From a bacterium (GTDB lineage Bacteria; UBA10199; 2-02-FULL-50-16; JAJFLM01), in the NCBI GenBank assembly GCA_965216315.1, contig CBDCFN010000016.1:2048001-2112000 (forward strand): DNA of 64,000 nucleotides, given 5' to 3'. The notes beneath the pieces were generated by a model. That model ran no database searches and was not told where the DNA came from. It worked only from the letters and a program-made list of their open reading frames with translations. Position 1 is the first letter of the stretch. Each line of letters begins with the position of its first letter. Positions 38,144 to 50,040 of this stretch are shown in pieces. The position numbers and the translations under genes were made by a program.

Positions 38144-40894
38144 TCAGCCGTGTTTAACAGAGGCGTTTGAAGACCGGACCCTTAGCGCCCACCACAACTT
38201 GTGCAATTCCATCACTATGACCAATGACAAAGCCAAGGCGAGCCCACTCAACCAGTTTTGCATCGAGACCGGTTGGACCGAGAGCACTTTCTGCATAACA
38301 GGGACATGAAGAGCTAGAATATGGATTCCCTGCGCGGCCAACGTACCCCACAACAAGATCGGATTTCGCAAAGGCGATAACGCGAAAATTGATCGCGTCT
38401 CCGAACGGCAATTACCGACATGAACGTTTTCAAAAAGAACCATCAATAACAGAATCAGATTGCGTGCTTCATTCACCTCGTATCCGTTAAGCAAGAGCCA
38501 ACGAAATACGGTAAAGGAAACCAGGCCCATGACTAATGCCGCTACAACAGTCTGGTTAATCATCAGGCGATTGAATATATTTTCCCGGGGTGCCCGCGGA
38601 GCTTGCTTAAGAATTTGGCCCTCATTGGGCTCAAAGGCCAGAGCCACATCCTGTATTCCATTGGTCACTAGGTTGAGCCAAAGAAGTTGAGCCGGCAATA
38701 ACGGTAATGGCGTATTAAACAGCACCGAAAGTGTCACCAATACAATTTCCGCCACACCCGTAGAAATCAACAGGTTAATCACCTTCCGAATGTTACTATA
38801 AGCCACGCGTCCTTCTTCAACCCCATTGATGATGGACGCAAAATTGTCGTCGGTAATAACCAGGTCGGAGGCCTCCCGGGCGACATCCGTCCCGGCCTGC
38901 CCCATGGCGACTCCGATATGCGCCTTCTTTAATGCCGGGGCATCATTGGCCCCATCCCCGGTAACAGCAACGAAATGCCCTTCTTTCTGCAGCGCTTCTA
39001 CGATAGCTAATTTTTGGTGCGGTTCCACCCGTGCAAAAACTGTTTTTCCCTGAATCGCTTGAGCAAGTTGACCCAAATCCTTTATCCGAGCCAACTCCTG
39101 TCCTGTAACCACATCCCCTTCTTTCTCGGCTAGGCCGAGTTCTCTGCCAATGGCTAAGGCCGTCAAGGGATGGTCTCCTGTAATCATGACGACTTGAATG
39201 CCAGCTTCATGGCAGTGCTGCACAGCTTCGATCACTCCTGGACGAAGTGGATCGCGCATGCCGACTAAGCCAAGAAACACCATCTCGTTGAGGTGATCCG
39301 GGTTGAGATGGTTTCCCAGTGACGCGTCGTAGGTTTGTTGAGCAACGGCAATCACCCGGTAACCTGCCTGCGCGAGCTCTAAGACCTGTTGCTCAATTTC
39401 GGCCTTATCGAAGGGCTGTTCTCCCTGCAGTGTCATCATTTGTTTACAACGCGGGAGCAAGCTCTCTACGGCACCCTTGATGAATGCTAGATTTTCTCCA
39501 TCATGATGAACCAAAGCGGCCTCATAACGTCGTTCCGATTCAAAGGGAATCGTATCAATTATTTGGTACCGTGACTCCAGATTCGGAGTCGTCAAACCCA
39601 ACTTATGACTCAGAGTAAGTAGCGCCACATCAGTTGGGTCACCATTATACTGCCAGCTGCCGTCACGGTGAAACAGCTGCGCTTCATTCGCTAATGAAAT
39701 AGCTACCCCAAGCTGACCTAAGGCGCCATCCTGTTCCGCCGTCACCTCGCGATTCGCTGTATCCGTCACTATTCCTTCGGGTATATACCCCTGTCCACTG
39801 ACCTGAAAGAAATCGGTGCCCGGAATCGCAATGCGCTGCACTGTCATCTCATTACAGGTCAGTGTTCCCGTTTTATCAGTTCCGATCAGCGTGCAACTGC
39901 CCAGGCCTTCAACCGCAATCAAACGGCGTACGATAACGTGGCGCCGCGACATTCGAAAGCTGGCGATGGAAAGGGCGATCGTCATGGCGACCGGAAGACC
40001 TTCGGGGATCGCCGATACCAACAAGGCAACAACGAGAAAAAAGATCTCGTTCCACGTCGTTCCTTGAAAGATGCCGATCAGAGAAAGCAACACGGCCGCC
40101 ACGCCCATAAAACCGGCGATCAACCGCGTAAAGCGGGTCATGCGCTGAATCAGCGGCGGTGGCAGCGATACTTCACCGGCGATGTCTCGCGCGATCTGAC
40201 CAATTTCCATCGCTGAGCCGGTCGCTACGACGACGGCCTTGCCGCGGCCCCGCGTCACTATGGTTCCCGCAAAGACCATATTGAAGCGTTCCGCCAATGG
40301 CAGCTCCATTTCTTCGAACACGTCCATTCGCTTGCTGACCGCCACCGATTCACCGGTCAACAACGATTCATCGACCCCCAGATCTTTAACGGACAACAGA
40401 CGGCAATCGGCGGGGACACGATTGCCGGATTGCAAATAGATGAGATCTCCGGGGACAAGTTGACGGGCATCAATCTCAAAGATTTCGCCCTCCCGTTCCA
40501 CAAAAGCTTTAACGGTAAGTAAGCTCTTTAAAGCTGCTGCACTGCGCTCGGCCTTATATTCCTGGATACTCCCGATCGCCGCATTCAGCAGCAATACACT
40601 CGCAATGAAGATGGCATCCGTGAATTCACCAATCAGCAAGGAAACTACAGCAGCAATCAAAAGAACATAGATGAATGGACTGACGAATTGGCGAAGGATC
40701 ACCTGCAACAGCGGCGTGGCCCTCTTTTCCGGCAGTTGATTGGGCCCGTATTGCTCTAGCCGCCGATCGACTTCCTGCCGGCTTAACCCAGCCGACGCGG
40801 ACTTCAATTTTGCCAGCACCTGCTCAACGGTCAAATGAAACCACTTTGGCTTCGCGGACCCCACGGTATCATGATATCGATCATGTCGCTGCAT
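38144..40894 (-). CDS. P2-type (Ca2+-like) cation-transporting ATPase
   Basis: TGES, PEGL, DKTGTLT, TGDGANDAPAL, QLLWLNLVT. Confidence 0.93.
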   Translation of the reverse strand: MQRHDRYHDTVGSAKPKWFHLTVEQVLAKLKSASAGLSRQEVDRRLEQYGPNQLPEKRATPLLQVILRQFVSPFIYVLLIAAVVSLLIGEFTDAIFIASVLLLNAAIGSIQEYKAERSAAALKSLLTVKAFVEREGEIFEIDARQLVPGDLIYLQSGNRVPADCRLLSVKDLGVDESLLTGESVAVSKRMDVFEEMELPLAERFNMVFAGTIVTRGRGKAVVVATGSAMEIGQIARDIAGEVSLPPPLIQRMTRFTRLIAGFMGVAAVLLSLIGIFQGTTWNEIFFLVVALLVSAIPEGLPVAMTIALSIASFRMSRRHVIVRRLIAVEGLGSCTLIGTDKTGTLTCNEMTVQRIAIPGTDFFQVSGQGYIPEGIVTDTANREVTAEQDGALGQLGVAISLANEAQLFHRDGSWQYNGDPTDVALLTLSHKLGLTTPNLESRYQIIDTIPFESERRYEAALVHHDGENLAFIKGAVESLLPRCKQMMTLQGEQPFDKAEIEQQVLELAQAGYRVIAVAQQTYDASLGNHLNPDHLNEMVFLGLVGMRDPLRPGVIEAVQHCHEAGIQVVMITGDHPLTALAIGRELGLAEKEGDVVTGQELARIKDLGQLAQAIQGKTVFARVEPHQKLAIVEALQKEGHFVAVTGDGANDAPALKKAHIGVAMGQAGTDVAREASDLVITDDNFASIINGVEEGRVAYSNIRKVINLLISTGVAEIVLVTLSVLFNTPLPLLPAQLLWLNLVTNGIQDVALAFEPNEGQILKQAPRAPRENIFNRLMINQTVVAALVMGLVSFTVFRWLLLNGYEVNEARNLILLLMVLFENVHVGNCRSETRSIFALSPLRNPILLWGTLAAQGIHILALHVPVMQKVLSVQPVSMQNWLSGLALALSLVIVMELHKLWWALRVRSSNASVKHG

Positions 40895-40903
40895 AGGTTC
40901 TAC

Positions 40904-42712
40904 TTAATGCGGACAGCATTTATTTTCTTCGGCACGTGTCTCTTCGCCTTTTGCCCGCAGGATTGATCCCGTCGTGGGATTAGCACGAAATACCGTACAC
41001 CCCTTGAGCCCCAGCTCATAGGCTTTTTGATATAATGACTGAAAGGCATCAAAACTATATTGCTCAGGGATGTTAATCGTCTTTGAAATCGCATGATCGA
41101 CATACGGCTGCATGGCCGCTTCCAGACGTAGCTGTTCTTCTGGTTTCACCTCCAAGGCTTCGACACAATAAGGTGCCGGCGTCTCATTAGGATGTTTCTG
41201 CCGCCACAACTGCCACGCGTAATCAACGAGATGAAGAGTCTTTTCTCCGCCTCCCGGCTCGCGCATGCGGCGATCATGCTCAAAACTATAAATCGGTTCG
41301 ATGCCGCTGGAAATATTACCGGCCAATAAACTGATAGTTCCGGCCGGTGCGATTGCCGTCAGATGACTGTTACGAATCCCGTCTGCGGCAATGGAATTGC
41401 GCAATTCTGCTGGTAATTTCTCAACAAATTCTCCCGTCAGATATTTGCCCTTATCAAAACCAGGAAAGGGTCTTTTTTCGCGCGCCAGGGCGATAGAACT
41501 TTGATAGGCCTGATAACAGATCGTCTTCATAACATCTGCAGCCAATTGAATAGAGGCATCCGTTCCATATCTGATTCCCAACATCAACAAAGCATCTGCC
41601 AAACCGGTGATACCGAGGCCAATGCGCCGTGAATACTGCGCAGCTGTACGTTGCTGAGCCAAGGGGTAATGCGTCGTATCGATAACATTATCTAAAAACC
41701 GCGTCGCCGTTGCCGCCACTGCTGCCAAGGCATCGAAATCAATCGATGCTTCCCGCGAAAACGGCTTGCGAATAAATTGAGTCAAATTCAACGAACCAAG
41801 ATCACAGGCCCCGTATGGGGGAAGTGGAATTTCACCACAGGGATTGGTCGCAGTAATGGCTTCCTGATACCAAAGATTATTGCGCCGGTTGATCCGGTCT
41901 ATGAACAAAACACCGGGTTCTGCCACATCGTAGGCGGCGTGAAGCATTTTGTGCCAGAGTTGTTTGGCATTAACCGTCTTGACGATGCGGCAAAGAACTG
42001 TCTCGTTATGTCCATAGCCTGGCCACGGCCGCATGACGCTATCTGCCGAGTTAGATTCCGCAAAGGCCGTCGCGGGAAAAACCAGTGGCCACGGCTCTCC
42101 CAACTCGGCAGCCCGCAGAAAATCATCGCTGACCAGGACGGAAAGATTAAAATGACGTAGTTCGGCGGGGTTCCGCTTGGCTTCGATAAAGGCCTCAATA
42201 TCCGGATGGTCACAACGCAGCGTGGCCATCATGGCACCACGGCGATTCCCCGTCGCCAGCAAGGTCGCACACATGCGGTCCCAAACCTTCATGAATGAAA
42301 CCGGACCCGACGCGATCGTCCCCACCCGATGAGCGCTGAGCCCCCGGGGCCGCAGGCTGGAAAAATCATAACCGACACCCCCGCCCTGCTGCATCGTAAG
42401 GGCTCCTTCTTTGAGAGCCTCAAAGATCCCCTCAATGGAATCCTCTATCGTTCCCATCACAAAGCAGTTCATCAGCGTGACATCGTGTGCGGTCCCGGCC
42501 CCTGCGAGGATGCGCCCTCCCGGCAGAAACTTGAAATCCTCAAGAATGGCGTAAAAACGCTGTTCCCATGCCTCCTGATCCTGCTCTTCCGCTTGCGCCG
42601 CAGCCTTCGCGACGCGACGCCAGGTATCCTGGATGGAGAAATCATAGTTCGTCTCACCATGACGGTAACGATATTTCGCATTCCAGACGTATTTACTAAT
42701 CCCATCAATCAT
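40904..42712 (-). CDS. nrdJ: Adenosylcobalamin-dependent (class II) ribonucleotide reductase
   Basis: GGRILAGAG, LMNCFV, TNPCGEIPL, CDLGSLNL, IAPAGTIS, C-terminal CC. Confidence 0.9.
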   Translation of the reverse strand: MIDGISKYVWNAKYRYRHGETNYDFSIQDTWRRVAKAAAQAEEQDQEAWEQRFYAILEDFKFLPGGRILAGAGTAHDVTLMNCFVMGTIEDSIEGIFEALKEGALTMQQGGGVGYDFSSLRPRGLSAHRVGTIASGPVSFMKVWDRMCATLLATGNRRGAMMATLRCDHPDIEAFIEAKRNPAELRHFNLSVLVSDDFLRAAELGEPWPLVFPATAFAESNSADSVMRPWPGYGHNETVLCRIVKTVNAKQLWHKMLHAAYDVAEPGVLFIDRINRRNNLWYQEAITATNPCGEIPLPPYGACDLGSLNLTQFIRKPFSREASIDFDALAAVAATATRFLDNVIDTTHYPLAQQRTAAQYSRRIGLGITGLADALLMLGIRYGTDASIQLAADVMKTICYQAYQSSIALAREKRPFPGFDKGKYLTGEFVEKLPAELRNSIAADGIRNSHLTAIAPAGTISLLAGNISSGIEPIYSFEHDRRMREPGGGEKTLHLVDYAWQLWRQKHPNETPAPYCVEALEVKPEEQLRLEAAMQPYVDHAISKTINIPEQYSFDAFQSLYQKAYELGLKGCTVFRANPTTGSILRAKGEETRAEENKCCPH

Positions 42713-42830
42713 AGCGCTTCCAGCCGCATAGAAGATAATATCAAGCTTCATGGAGGGAAAGGAGCAAATTATTATACATATTCTCATGTAGCTATAGGCT
42801 CATTACTCAAAATATGCTCTACTAACCTTC

Positions 42831-44276
42831 ATGCCGTTACGAGTGGATCATCGTAATGCAATTGATTCATTTTATCATCTAGCCGACAAGTGCACAGGCG
42901 GCTGTAGGGGACTCGCCTGTTTCGTGGCGAGACAGCTTAATCCCACGCGTTATGCCGAGGCCGAACAACAGAAAGACGCCGTTTACTGCCTTGGCAAATG
43001 CTATCGGGCCCCAGCCTGTCAGCGAGACGATGAACTCCCCTCGATAACAGTTCAATCCCCGCAGACCATCATTCTCGCCAATCTCACCCGCGGCGGCGCA
43101 CCGGCTCTGCAGACATATGTGCAGCACGGCGGCTATAAAGCGCTCCGACATGCCGTCACCCTGCCACCCGAACAGATTATCACCATGGTCGAGGCCTCCC
43201 AACTACGCGGTCGCGGCGGCGCCGGCTATCCGACGGGACAGAAGTGGCGGCTGGTTTCCGCCCAGCAGGCCCCGGCCAAGTATATCGTCGCCAATGCCGA
43301 CGAGGGAGACCCCGGCGCCTATATTGATCGAATGATCCTAGAAGGCGATCCCCATGCCCTACTCGAAGCTATGTGTATCGCGGCTTATACGGTTGGAGCC
43401 CAACACGGCGTTATCTATCTCCGCAAAGAATATCCGGAAGCGGAACGCGTCCTACAGCAGGCCCTTAATGACGCCCGCCAGAACCATTTTCTCGGCGAGG
43501 GCATACTCGACACAAAATTCAGTTTCGATATTGAGATCGTCATCGGCCAGGGCAGCTATGTCTGCGGCGAAGAAACCGCTATGCTCAATTCCATTGAAGG
43601 CAAACGACCTGAAGTCCGTACACGTCCCCCTTACCCAACCCAAGCCGGACTGTGGAACCAACCAACCTTGGTGAACAACGTCGAAACTCTGGCCAACATC
43701 CCGTGGATCATCCGAAACGGTGCAGAAGCCTATAGTGAACTTGGCTTCTCCAAAAGTCGCGGCACCAAGGTCGTGTCACTGAACTCCCTCTTTGCAAAGC
43801 CGGGGCTGTATGAAGTCGAGTTCGGCCTGTCGGTACGGCAGATCGTCATGGAGCTCGGTGGAGGACTGAGTTCCGGTAAACTCAAGGGCGTACTTATCGG
43901 AGGCCCGCTCGCGGGCGTCATCCCTCCCGAGCGCTTGGACACCCCATTCGGTTTTGAAGAGCTGGAGGCCATCGGCGCCAGCGTCGGGCACGGCGGCTTT
44001 GTCGCCTTCGATGAACACACGTCGATCCCCCAACTGATTCACCACATCTTTTCGTTCGGAGCCTTCGAATCCTGTGGCAAATGTACGCCCTGTCGTCTCG
44101 GGGCCCGCCGCATCGAACAAAGGTTGGAGGGAGCGGCTCTGGGAGCGGAGGAATGGCGTGATATTGTCGGCGCGCTCAAACAAACGAGTTTATGCGGCCA
44201 TGGCACCGGCCTCGCCGCCTTTGCAGAAAGCATTGATCGCTATTATCAAGAGGAACTCGCGGCATGCTTCAAGTAA
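42831..44276 (+). CDS. NAD-dependent formate dehydrogenase flavoprotein subunit (NuoF/FdsB-like)
   Basis: LRGRGGAGYP, NADEGDPG, YVCGEETA, NNVETL, ESCGKCTPCR...SLCGHG. Confidence 0.9.
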   Translation: MPLRVDHRNAIDSFYHLADKCTGGCRGLACFVARQLNPTRYAEAEQQKDAVYCLGKCYRAPACQRDDELPSITVQSPQTIILANLTRGGAPALQTYVQHGGYKALRHAVTLPPEQIITMVEASQLRGRGGAGYPTGQKWRLVSAQQAPAKYIVANADEGDPGAYIDRMILEGDPHALLEAMCIAAYTVGAQHGVIYLRKEYPEAERVLQQALNDARQNHFLGEGILDTKFSFDIEIVIGQGSYVCGEETAMLNSIEGKRPEVRTRPPYPTQAGLWNQPTLVNNVETLANIPWIIRNGAEAYSELGFSKSRGTKVVSLNSLFAKPGLYEVEFGLSVRQIVMELGGGLSSGKLKGVLIGGPLAGVIPPERLDTPFGFEELEAIGASVGHGGFVAFDEHTSIPQLIHHIFSFGAFESCGKCTPCRLGARRIEQRLEGAALGAEEWRDIVGALKQTSLCGHGTGLAAFAESIDRYYQEELAACFK

Positions 44277-46930
44277 GAATCAACGATGACGATTACACGT
44301 TTGAAGAGGGACTGACTATCCTTCAGGCCCTCCGCTCCATCGGCATAGAGCTTCCGACCTTGTGCCACGACGAGCGGCTGACGCCTTACGGAGGCTGCCG
44401 TCTGTGCATTGTAGCCGTCAGTGGCCACGAACGCCCGCTCACCGCCTGCAATACCTCCCTTGAGAACGGTATGATCATTACGACCCATAGTGATGATATC
44501 GAGCACCACCGCCGCACCTTGCTGCGATTCATCGCGCAACACTATCCCAAACAGGCGCTGCAGAAGTCACCGGACAATGAATTGCATCGTTATCTTCGGG
44601 ACTATGAAGTCATAGACGCACTTCGTGACGAGTCGGACTCCAAACTCATTGATGACTCCCATCCGTACCTTCACGTTGACATGTCCCAGTGCATCTATTG
44701 CTTTCGCTGCGTCCGCATCTGCGATGACCTCCAGGGACAAAATGTCTGGCAGGTCTGGAATCGCGGTGACGCGACGAAGATCCAAGCAGATTCCGGCTCC
44801 AATCTGCTCGAGAGCTCTTGTGTCAGCTGCGGCGCCTGCGTCGATACCTGTCCGAGCGGCGCGCTGGCGGATAAAACCGTCCTGGAATGGGGCGAACCAA
44901 CCCAATGGACTCAAACGACCTGCCCTTACTGCGGCACCGGTTGTAAAATTAATGTCGGCGTGCGTGAGCAACGCATTGTCACGGTTCGGCCTGTACTTGA
45001 AGACCCGGTCAGCAAAGGTCATCTCTGCGTCAAAGGTCGATACGCCTTTGACTTCACTCAGGCCCAAGACCGCATCACGGAGCCTCTGTTGCGTGAAAAC
45101 GGCCAATGGCAAAGCATATCCTGGAAAGATGCGATTGAATTTATTCGCGCTAAAATGAGCGCACTCATCGACCAGTATGGACCCGATTGTATAGGCGTCC
45201 TCGGGTCCTCTCGAGCCACCAACGAAGAGAACTATTTGACTCAAAAATTTGCACGCACCGTGCTGAGTACAAACAACGTCGATTGTTGTGCGCGCGTGTG
45301 CCACACACCGACGGCAGCGGCAATGAAAATGATGTTGGGAACCGGCGCCGCAACCAATTGTTATGACGATATCGAACGGGCCCAGACATTACTCATCTGT
45401 GGTTGCAATCCCACTGAAAATCATCCCGTCATCGGGGCGCGCATCAAACAGCAAGTATTAAGAGGGGCCAACTTAATCGTTATCGACCCACGCAGAACTG
45501 AAATTGCCGCACATGCCACCGTGCATCTTGCCCTCCGTCCCGGTACCAATATTCCCCTGCTGAATGCCCTGGCGCACGTCATTGTCGAAGAAGAACTTTA
45601 CGACCCGGATTTTCTTAATGACCGCATCAACGAATGGGGTGAATTCCGTCAATTCATTACGGCTTATGCGCCCGAAAAAGTCAGTGAGATCTGCCGCGTT
45701 GATGCGGACCTCATCCGCCGGGCCGCGCGCCTCTATGCCACGGCAAAACCTGCAATGGCTTTTCACGGTTTGGGCCTGACCGAACACCTCCAGGGAACCG
45801 AGGGCGTGATGTGTCTCGTCAATCTCGCGCTGCTCACCGGAAACATCGGCAAACCGGGTTGTGGCGTGAACCCGCTACGTGGGCAAAACAACGTCCAAGG
45901 CGCCGCCCACATGGGTTGCGATCGGGGCATCCTGACCGGTGCTGTCGGCATCAAAGAATATCGCACCCATTTCGAAGAGTTGTGGCAGGCTGATATTCCA
46001 GCGCGCAAAGGGCTCCATCTAATGGAGATGATGGACGCCGCCGCCGCACAGCAACTCAAAGCACTCTGGGCGATCGGCTACGATGTATTCTTGTCATTAG
46101 CAAATGCCAATGTCATGCGGCAGGCTTTCGAAAACCTCGAGCTCGTGATCATTCAGGATATGTTTATGACGGAAACAGCGAAAGAATTCGGCACGGTCTT
46201 TTTACCGGTCGCTTCCAGCTTTGAAAAAGACGGGACCTTTATGAATGCCGAACGCCGCATCCAGCGGGTCCGCCAAGTACTCCCGGCTCCCGGTGCAGCC
46301 AAGAGTGATTGGGAGATTATTTGCGAACTGGCGCGGGCCCTAGGCAAAGGCGAACTCTTTGCCTATGAGAACGCCGAGGCGATTTGGGACGAGATTCGCA
46401 CGGTATGGCCGGCAGCCGCGGGTATCAGCTATGCTCGTATTGAGCACGGCGGACTGCAATGGCCCTGCCCGACGACAGATCATCCGGGCACTTCCATGCT
46501 TCACGGTGAGCGCTTTTCCCACGATAAAGAGACAGCACTCCGTCGCATCGGCTACCAGGCCACCACCGAAGTTACTGATGCCAACTTTCCTTATCTGTTG
46601 ACCACCGGAAGAGACCTCTACCAGTTCAATGCCAATACAATGACAGGACGCACAGCCAATACGTTACTCCACCCCACCGATTATCTCGATATATCCCCGG
46701 CCGATGGAAGCGCTCTAAAGATCCGCAATGGTGATCAAGTAACGATTCGCAGCCGTTACGGACAGGCGACGCTACCGGTTCGGGTCAATCCTGATATCAA
46801 ACCCGGCGAGCTCTTTGCCACCTTTCATACCGCCGAAGTTTTTCTCAATCATGTCACAAGTCCGATCCGTGATAATTATGTACAAGCCCCCGAATATAAA
46901 GTCACTGCCGTGCAGATTACGGGTGCATAA
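44264..46930 (+). CDS. fdhF: Formate dehydrogenase alpha subunit (Mo/W-bisPGD, Cys ligand)
   Basis: N-terminal Fe-S motifs, CPYCGTGC, CARVCH, PLRGQNNVQG, PEYK. Confidence 0.93.
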   Translation: MLQVRINDDDYTFEEGLTILQALRSIGIELPTLCHDERLTPYGGCRLCIVAVSGHERPLTACNTSLENGMIITTHSDDIEHHRRTLLRFIAQHYPKQALQKSPDNELHRYLRDYEVIDALRDESDSKLIDDSHPYLHVDMSQCIYCFRCVRICDDLQGQNVWQVWNRGDATKIQADSGSNLLESSCVSCGACVDTCPSGALADKTVLEWGEPTQWTQTTCPYCGTGCKINVGVREQRIVTVRPVLEDPVSKGHLCVKGRYAFDFTQAQDRITEPLLRENGQWQSISWKDAIEFIRAKMSALIDQYGPDCIGVLGSSRATNEENYLTQKFARTVLSTNNVDCCARVCHTPTAAAMKMMLGTGAATNCYDDIERAQTLLICGCNPTENHPVIGARIKQQVLRGANLIVIDPRRTEIAAHATVHLALRPGTNIPLLNALAHVIVEEELYDPDFLNDRINEWGEFRQFITAYAPEKVSEICRVDADLIRRAARLYATAKPAMAFHGLGLTEHLQGTEGVMCLVNLALLTGNIGKPGCGVNPLRGQNNVQGAAHMGCDRGILTGAVGIKEYRTHFEELWQADIPARKGLHLMEMMDAAAAQQLKALWAIGYDVFLSLANANVMRQAFENLELVIIQDMFMTETAKEFGTVFLPVASSFEKDGTFMNAERRIQRVRQVLPAPGAAKSDWEIICELARALGKGELFAYENAEAIWDEIRTVWPAAAGISYARIEHGGLQWPCPTTDHPGTSMLHGERFSHDKETALRRIGYQATTEVTDANFPYLLTTGRDLYQFNANTMTGRTANTLLHPTDYLDISPADGSALKIRNGDQVTIRSRYGQATLPVRVNPDIKPGELFATFHTAEVFLNHVTSPIRDNYVQAPEYKVTAVQITGA

Positions 46931-46959
46931 TCATCATTTTATAGTATGCTGTTCGACTA

Positions 46960-47682
46960 ATGAAAAAATCCGCCGACAAAGAACCTGTTTTTGTCGCCCA
47001 GGATCTCACTAAGACCTACCAGATGGGAGAAGTCGAAGTCCACGCCTTGCGTGGGGCTCAGTTGGAACTCTATCCGGGTGAGTTCGTTGTTTTGTTGGGA
47101 CCGTCGGGCAGTGGCAAATCGACGCTCCTCAACATCCTCGGCGGCCTTGACATCCCTACTGAAGGTGAAGTTCATTATCGCGATCACAATCTAAGTACCG
47201 CCGATGAAAGTGAACTCACACGTTACCGCCGCGAGCATATCGGTTTTGTCTTTCAGTTTTATAATCTGATCCCCAGCTTGACGGCCTTAGAAAATGTCAC
47301 GCTCGTCACTGAAATTTCAGACGATCCGATGGAGGCCTCGCATGCGTTAGAATTGGTCGGGCTCAAAGAACGCCTCCATCATTTTCCTTCGCAGTTATCC
47401 GGCGGAGAACAACAGCGCGTCGCTATTGCCCGCGCCATTGCGAAACAGCCGGATGTTCTCCTCTGTGACGAACCGACCGGCGCGCTCGATATCAGCACCG
47501 GCGTCCTCGTCCTTGAGGCGATACGCCGGATCAACGAAGAGCTCGGCACGATGGCCGTGGTCGTCACGCACAACGTTGTGATCTCACAGATGGCCGATCG
47601 CGTGATTCACCTTGCGGACGGCCGCATCACTTCCGTCAAAACAAATCCTGACAAAAAACTCCCTCAGGAGATCACGTGGTAG
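46960..47682 (+). CDS. LolD/MacB-type ABC ATPase
   Basis: [26 protein letters not shown]. Confidence 0.93.
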   Translation: MKKSADKEPVFVAQDLTKTYQMGEVEVHALRGAQLELYPGEFVVLLGPSGSGKSTLLNILGGLDIPTEGEVHYRDHNLSTADESELTRYRREHIGFVFQFYNLIPSLTALENVTLVTEISDDPMEASHALELVGLKERLHHFPSQLSGGEQQRVAIARAIAKQPDVLLCDEPTGALDISTGVLVLEAIRRINEELGTMAVVVTHNVVISQMADRVIHLADGRITSVKTNPDKKLPQEITW

Positions 47683-50036
47683 GTCTCGACCGCAAGGTCT
47701 GGCGGGATCTCCGGCGCATGAAGGCACAGGTCCTGACCATCGCCCTGGTCGTATCCAGCGGCGTTGCCGCCTTAGTCGCTTCGTATAGCACGCACAACTC
47801 ACTCCAGCGGGCTCAGGCCGCTGTCTATAACAAATACCGCTTTGCGGACGTGTTTGTAGACCTCAAACGCGCACCGAATGCCCTGGAAGAGAAATTAGCC
47901 CACATCCCCGGGGTCGCGGCGCTAGAAACGCGCATTGTGCACGATGCCCTACTTCATATCCCCGGCCGCGCCGAGACGTCGGTCGGCCGTTTCATTTCCG
48001 TCCCACAAGACGTTCCTTTGCAATTAAACCGCCTCCACCTCCGTGCCGGCCGCATGATCAATCCGGAGCGCAGCGATGAGGTGATGATCAGCGAGGGTTT
48101 TGCAAAGGCTAACGGCTTTGAGCCCGGGGATGAAATCATCGCGATCATGGAAGGCAAATATCAAAAGTTTCACATCACGGGTATCGTCCTGTCGCCCGAG
48201 TACATCTACGCCATCTATCCGGCCAATCCCCTTCCCGACGAACGGCTCTTCGGCATAATCTGGACCTCTGAAAAAACGCTGGAATCCGCCTTCGATATGT
48301 CAGGCGCCTTTAACAGCGTGGCCCTGACTCTCAGCTCCCGGGACACGGCTGACCGCGTAATCGCCGATCTGGACGACGCACTCACCAATTATGGTGGTTT
48401 CGGGGCCTACGACCGCGACGATCAAGTCTCACACAGCTTTGTGCGCGACGAGATCGCGCAGCAGCGCACCATGGCTGTTACCCTGCCCTTTGTCTTTTTA
48501 TTGGTCGCGGCTTATCTACTCAATGTCGTTATCAGTCGGCTGATCAATCTGCAGCGAAGCCAAATTGCAACGCTCAAAGCACTCGGTTACAGCCATTGGA
48601 CCGTCGCGCTCCATTTTTTAAAGCTTATGGCCGTCATCGTCATGCTCGGTGTCGTTATCGGCATCGGCTTGGGCATCTGGCTCGGCCGTGGTTTGACGAC
48701 TCTCTACACGGATTTCTTTCATTTTCCGATCCGTATTTATTACCTCAATCCGTGGCTCCTGCTGAGTGCTACGACGATCAGTCTCGGTGCCGGCGTACTG
48801 GGAACCTTGGGGAGCCTCCAACGCGTCTTCGGGTTGGCTCCGGCTGAAGGAATGCGCCCTCCAGCACCCCCCATTTTTCACGGCACGCTAAGCGAACGCT
48901 TGGGACTCAATCGCTTTTTTTCACCTCACGGGCGCATCGTACTCCGCAATCTCTTGCTCAAGCCATGGCGCACGCTCTTAGGCGTCATCGGTATCGGCTT
49001 TGCAATCATGATCGTGATGCTAGGCCTGTTCTGGCAGGACGTCGTCACCCATATGCTTTACACCCAGTATTCACTGATCGAACGCGGGGATGTATCGGTC
49101 GTGTTTTCAGAGCACATCTCCAGTGACGCGCTCCGCTCTCTTCAGCAAGATCCCGCTGTACTCAGTGCGGAGGGCTCCCGCACCGTGCCCGTCCGCCTCG
49201 GCTTCCAACAACGAAAAAAACAGGCTGTACTGCTGGGATATCCGCGCGACGCACGCCTCAAGCAATTAATCGACCGTAAGTTACGCCCGATTTCAATGGC
49301 ACCATCGGGCGTGATACTAAGCCGTATCTTGGCAGACCGCCTTCAAATTAAAGCGGGGCAAATACTCAATATCGACGTCCTCGAAGAAGAGAGACAGAAG
49401 TTTACCATCCCGGTCGCTGCGGTAATCGATGACTGGCTTGGTTCCGCCGCCTATATCGATCTGGAACTCCTCCATAAGCTATTAGGGGGTTCGCGCATTT
49501 CCTCAGCAGAACTCCTGGTTGACGCTCAACTCGAAAACCAATTCTATTCTCGCCTCAAAGAAACACCGACTGTCGCGGCGATCAACGTCAAAGCAACCGC
49601 TCTGGCCATACTGCGCAAGCTCATGGATCAATTTATCCTCATCTACGCCGCGATTCTAACCGCCTTTGCCATCGTCATTGCCGTTGGCGTGGTTTACAAC
49701 AGTGCACGCGTCACGCTCTCGGAACGAAGCCGGGAACTTGCCAGCCTGCGCGTATTGGGCTTTACATGGGGCGAAGTTTTCAGAATAGTAATTAGTCAGG
49801 TCGCCGTCCAATTGTTAGGGGCCCTGCCCTTAGGGTGGTTTCTAGGTTATGGCTTGGCGGTATTAATGGTCCAATTGATGACAACGGAGACGCAGCAATT
49901 CCCCATGTACATGGAAACATCGACATTTTTTTATGCAGCGCTTATTATCATGGCGGCTGCCTCAATGAGTCTGTTGATCATCAGTCGACGTTTGCGTGAA
50001 CTTGATCTCATCGCTGCACTGAAGGTTCCGGAGTAA
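47676..50036 (+). CDS. Double FtsX/MacB-type ABC permease
   Basis: Two repeats containing [10 protein letters not shown] and [14 protein letters not shown]. Confidence 0.92.
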   Translation: MVGLDRKVWRDLRRMKAQVLTIALVVSSGVAALVASYSTHNSLQRAQAAVYNKYRFADVFVDLKRAPNALEEKLAHIPGVAALETRIVHDALLHIPGRAETSVGRFISVPQDVPLQLNRLHLRAGRMINPERSDEVMISEGFAKANGFEPGDEIIAIMEGKYQKFHITGIVLSPEYIYAIYPANPLPDERLFGIIWTSEKTLESAFDMSGAFNSVALTLSSRDTADRVIADLDDALTNYGGFGAYDRDDQVSHSFVRDEIAQQRTMAVTLPFVFLLVAAYLLNVVISRLINLQRSQIATLKALGYSHWTVALHFLKLMAVIVMLGVVIGIGLGIWLGRGLTTLYTDFFHFPIRIYYLNPWLLLSATTISLGAGVLGTLGSLQRVFGLAPAEGMRPPAPPIFHGTLSERLGLNRFFSPHGRIVLRNLLLKPWRTLLGVIGIGFAIMIVMLGLFWQDVVTHMLYTQYSLIERGDVSVVFSEHISSDALRSLQQDPAVLSAEGSRTVPVRLGFQQRKKQAVLLGYPRDARLKQLIDRKLRPISMAPSGVILSRILADRLQIKAGQILNIDVLEEERQKFTIPVAAVIDDWLGSAAYIDLELLHKLLGGSRISSAELLVDAQLENQFYSRLKETPTVAAINVKATALAILRKLMDQFILIYAAILTAFAIVIAVGVVYNSARVTLSERSRELASLRVLGFTWGEVFRIVISQVAVQLLGALPLGWFLGYGLAVLMVQLMTTETQQFPMYMETSTFFYAALIIMAAASMSLLIISRRLRELDLIAALKVPE

Positions 50037-50040
50037 GCCG

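Noticed and set aside
45280..45310. Selenocysteine recoding in formate dehydrogenase
   Set aside because: The active-site codon is TGC (CARVCH) and the frame has no internal TGA.
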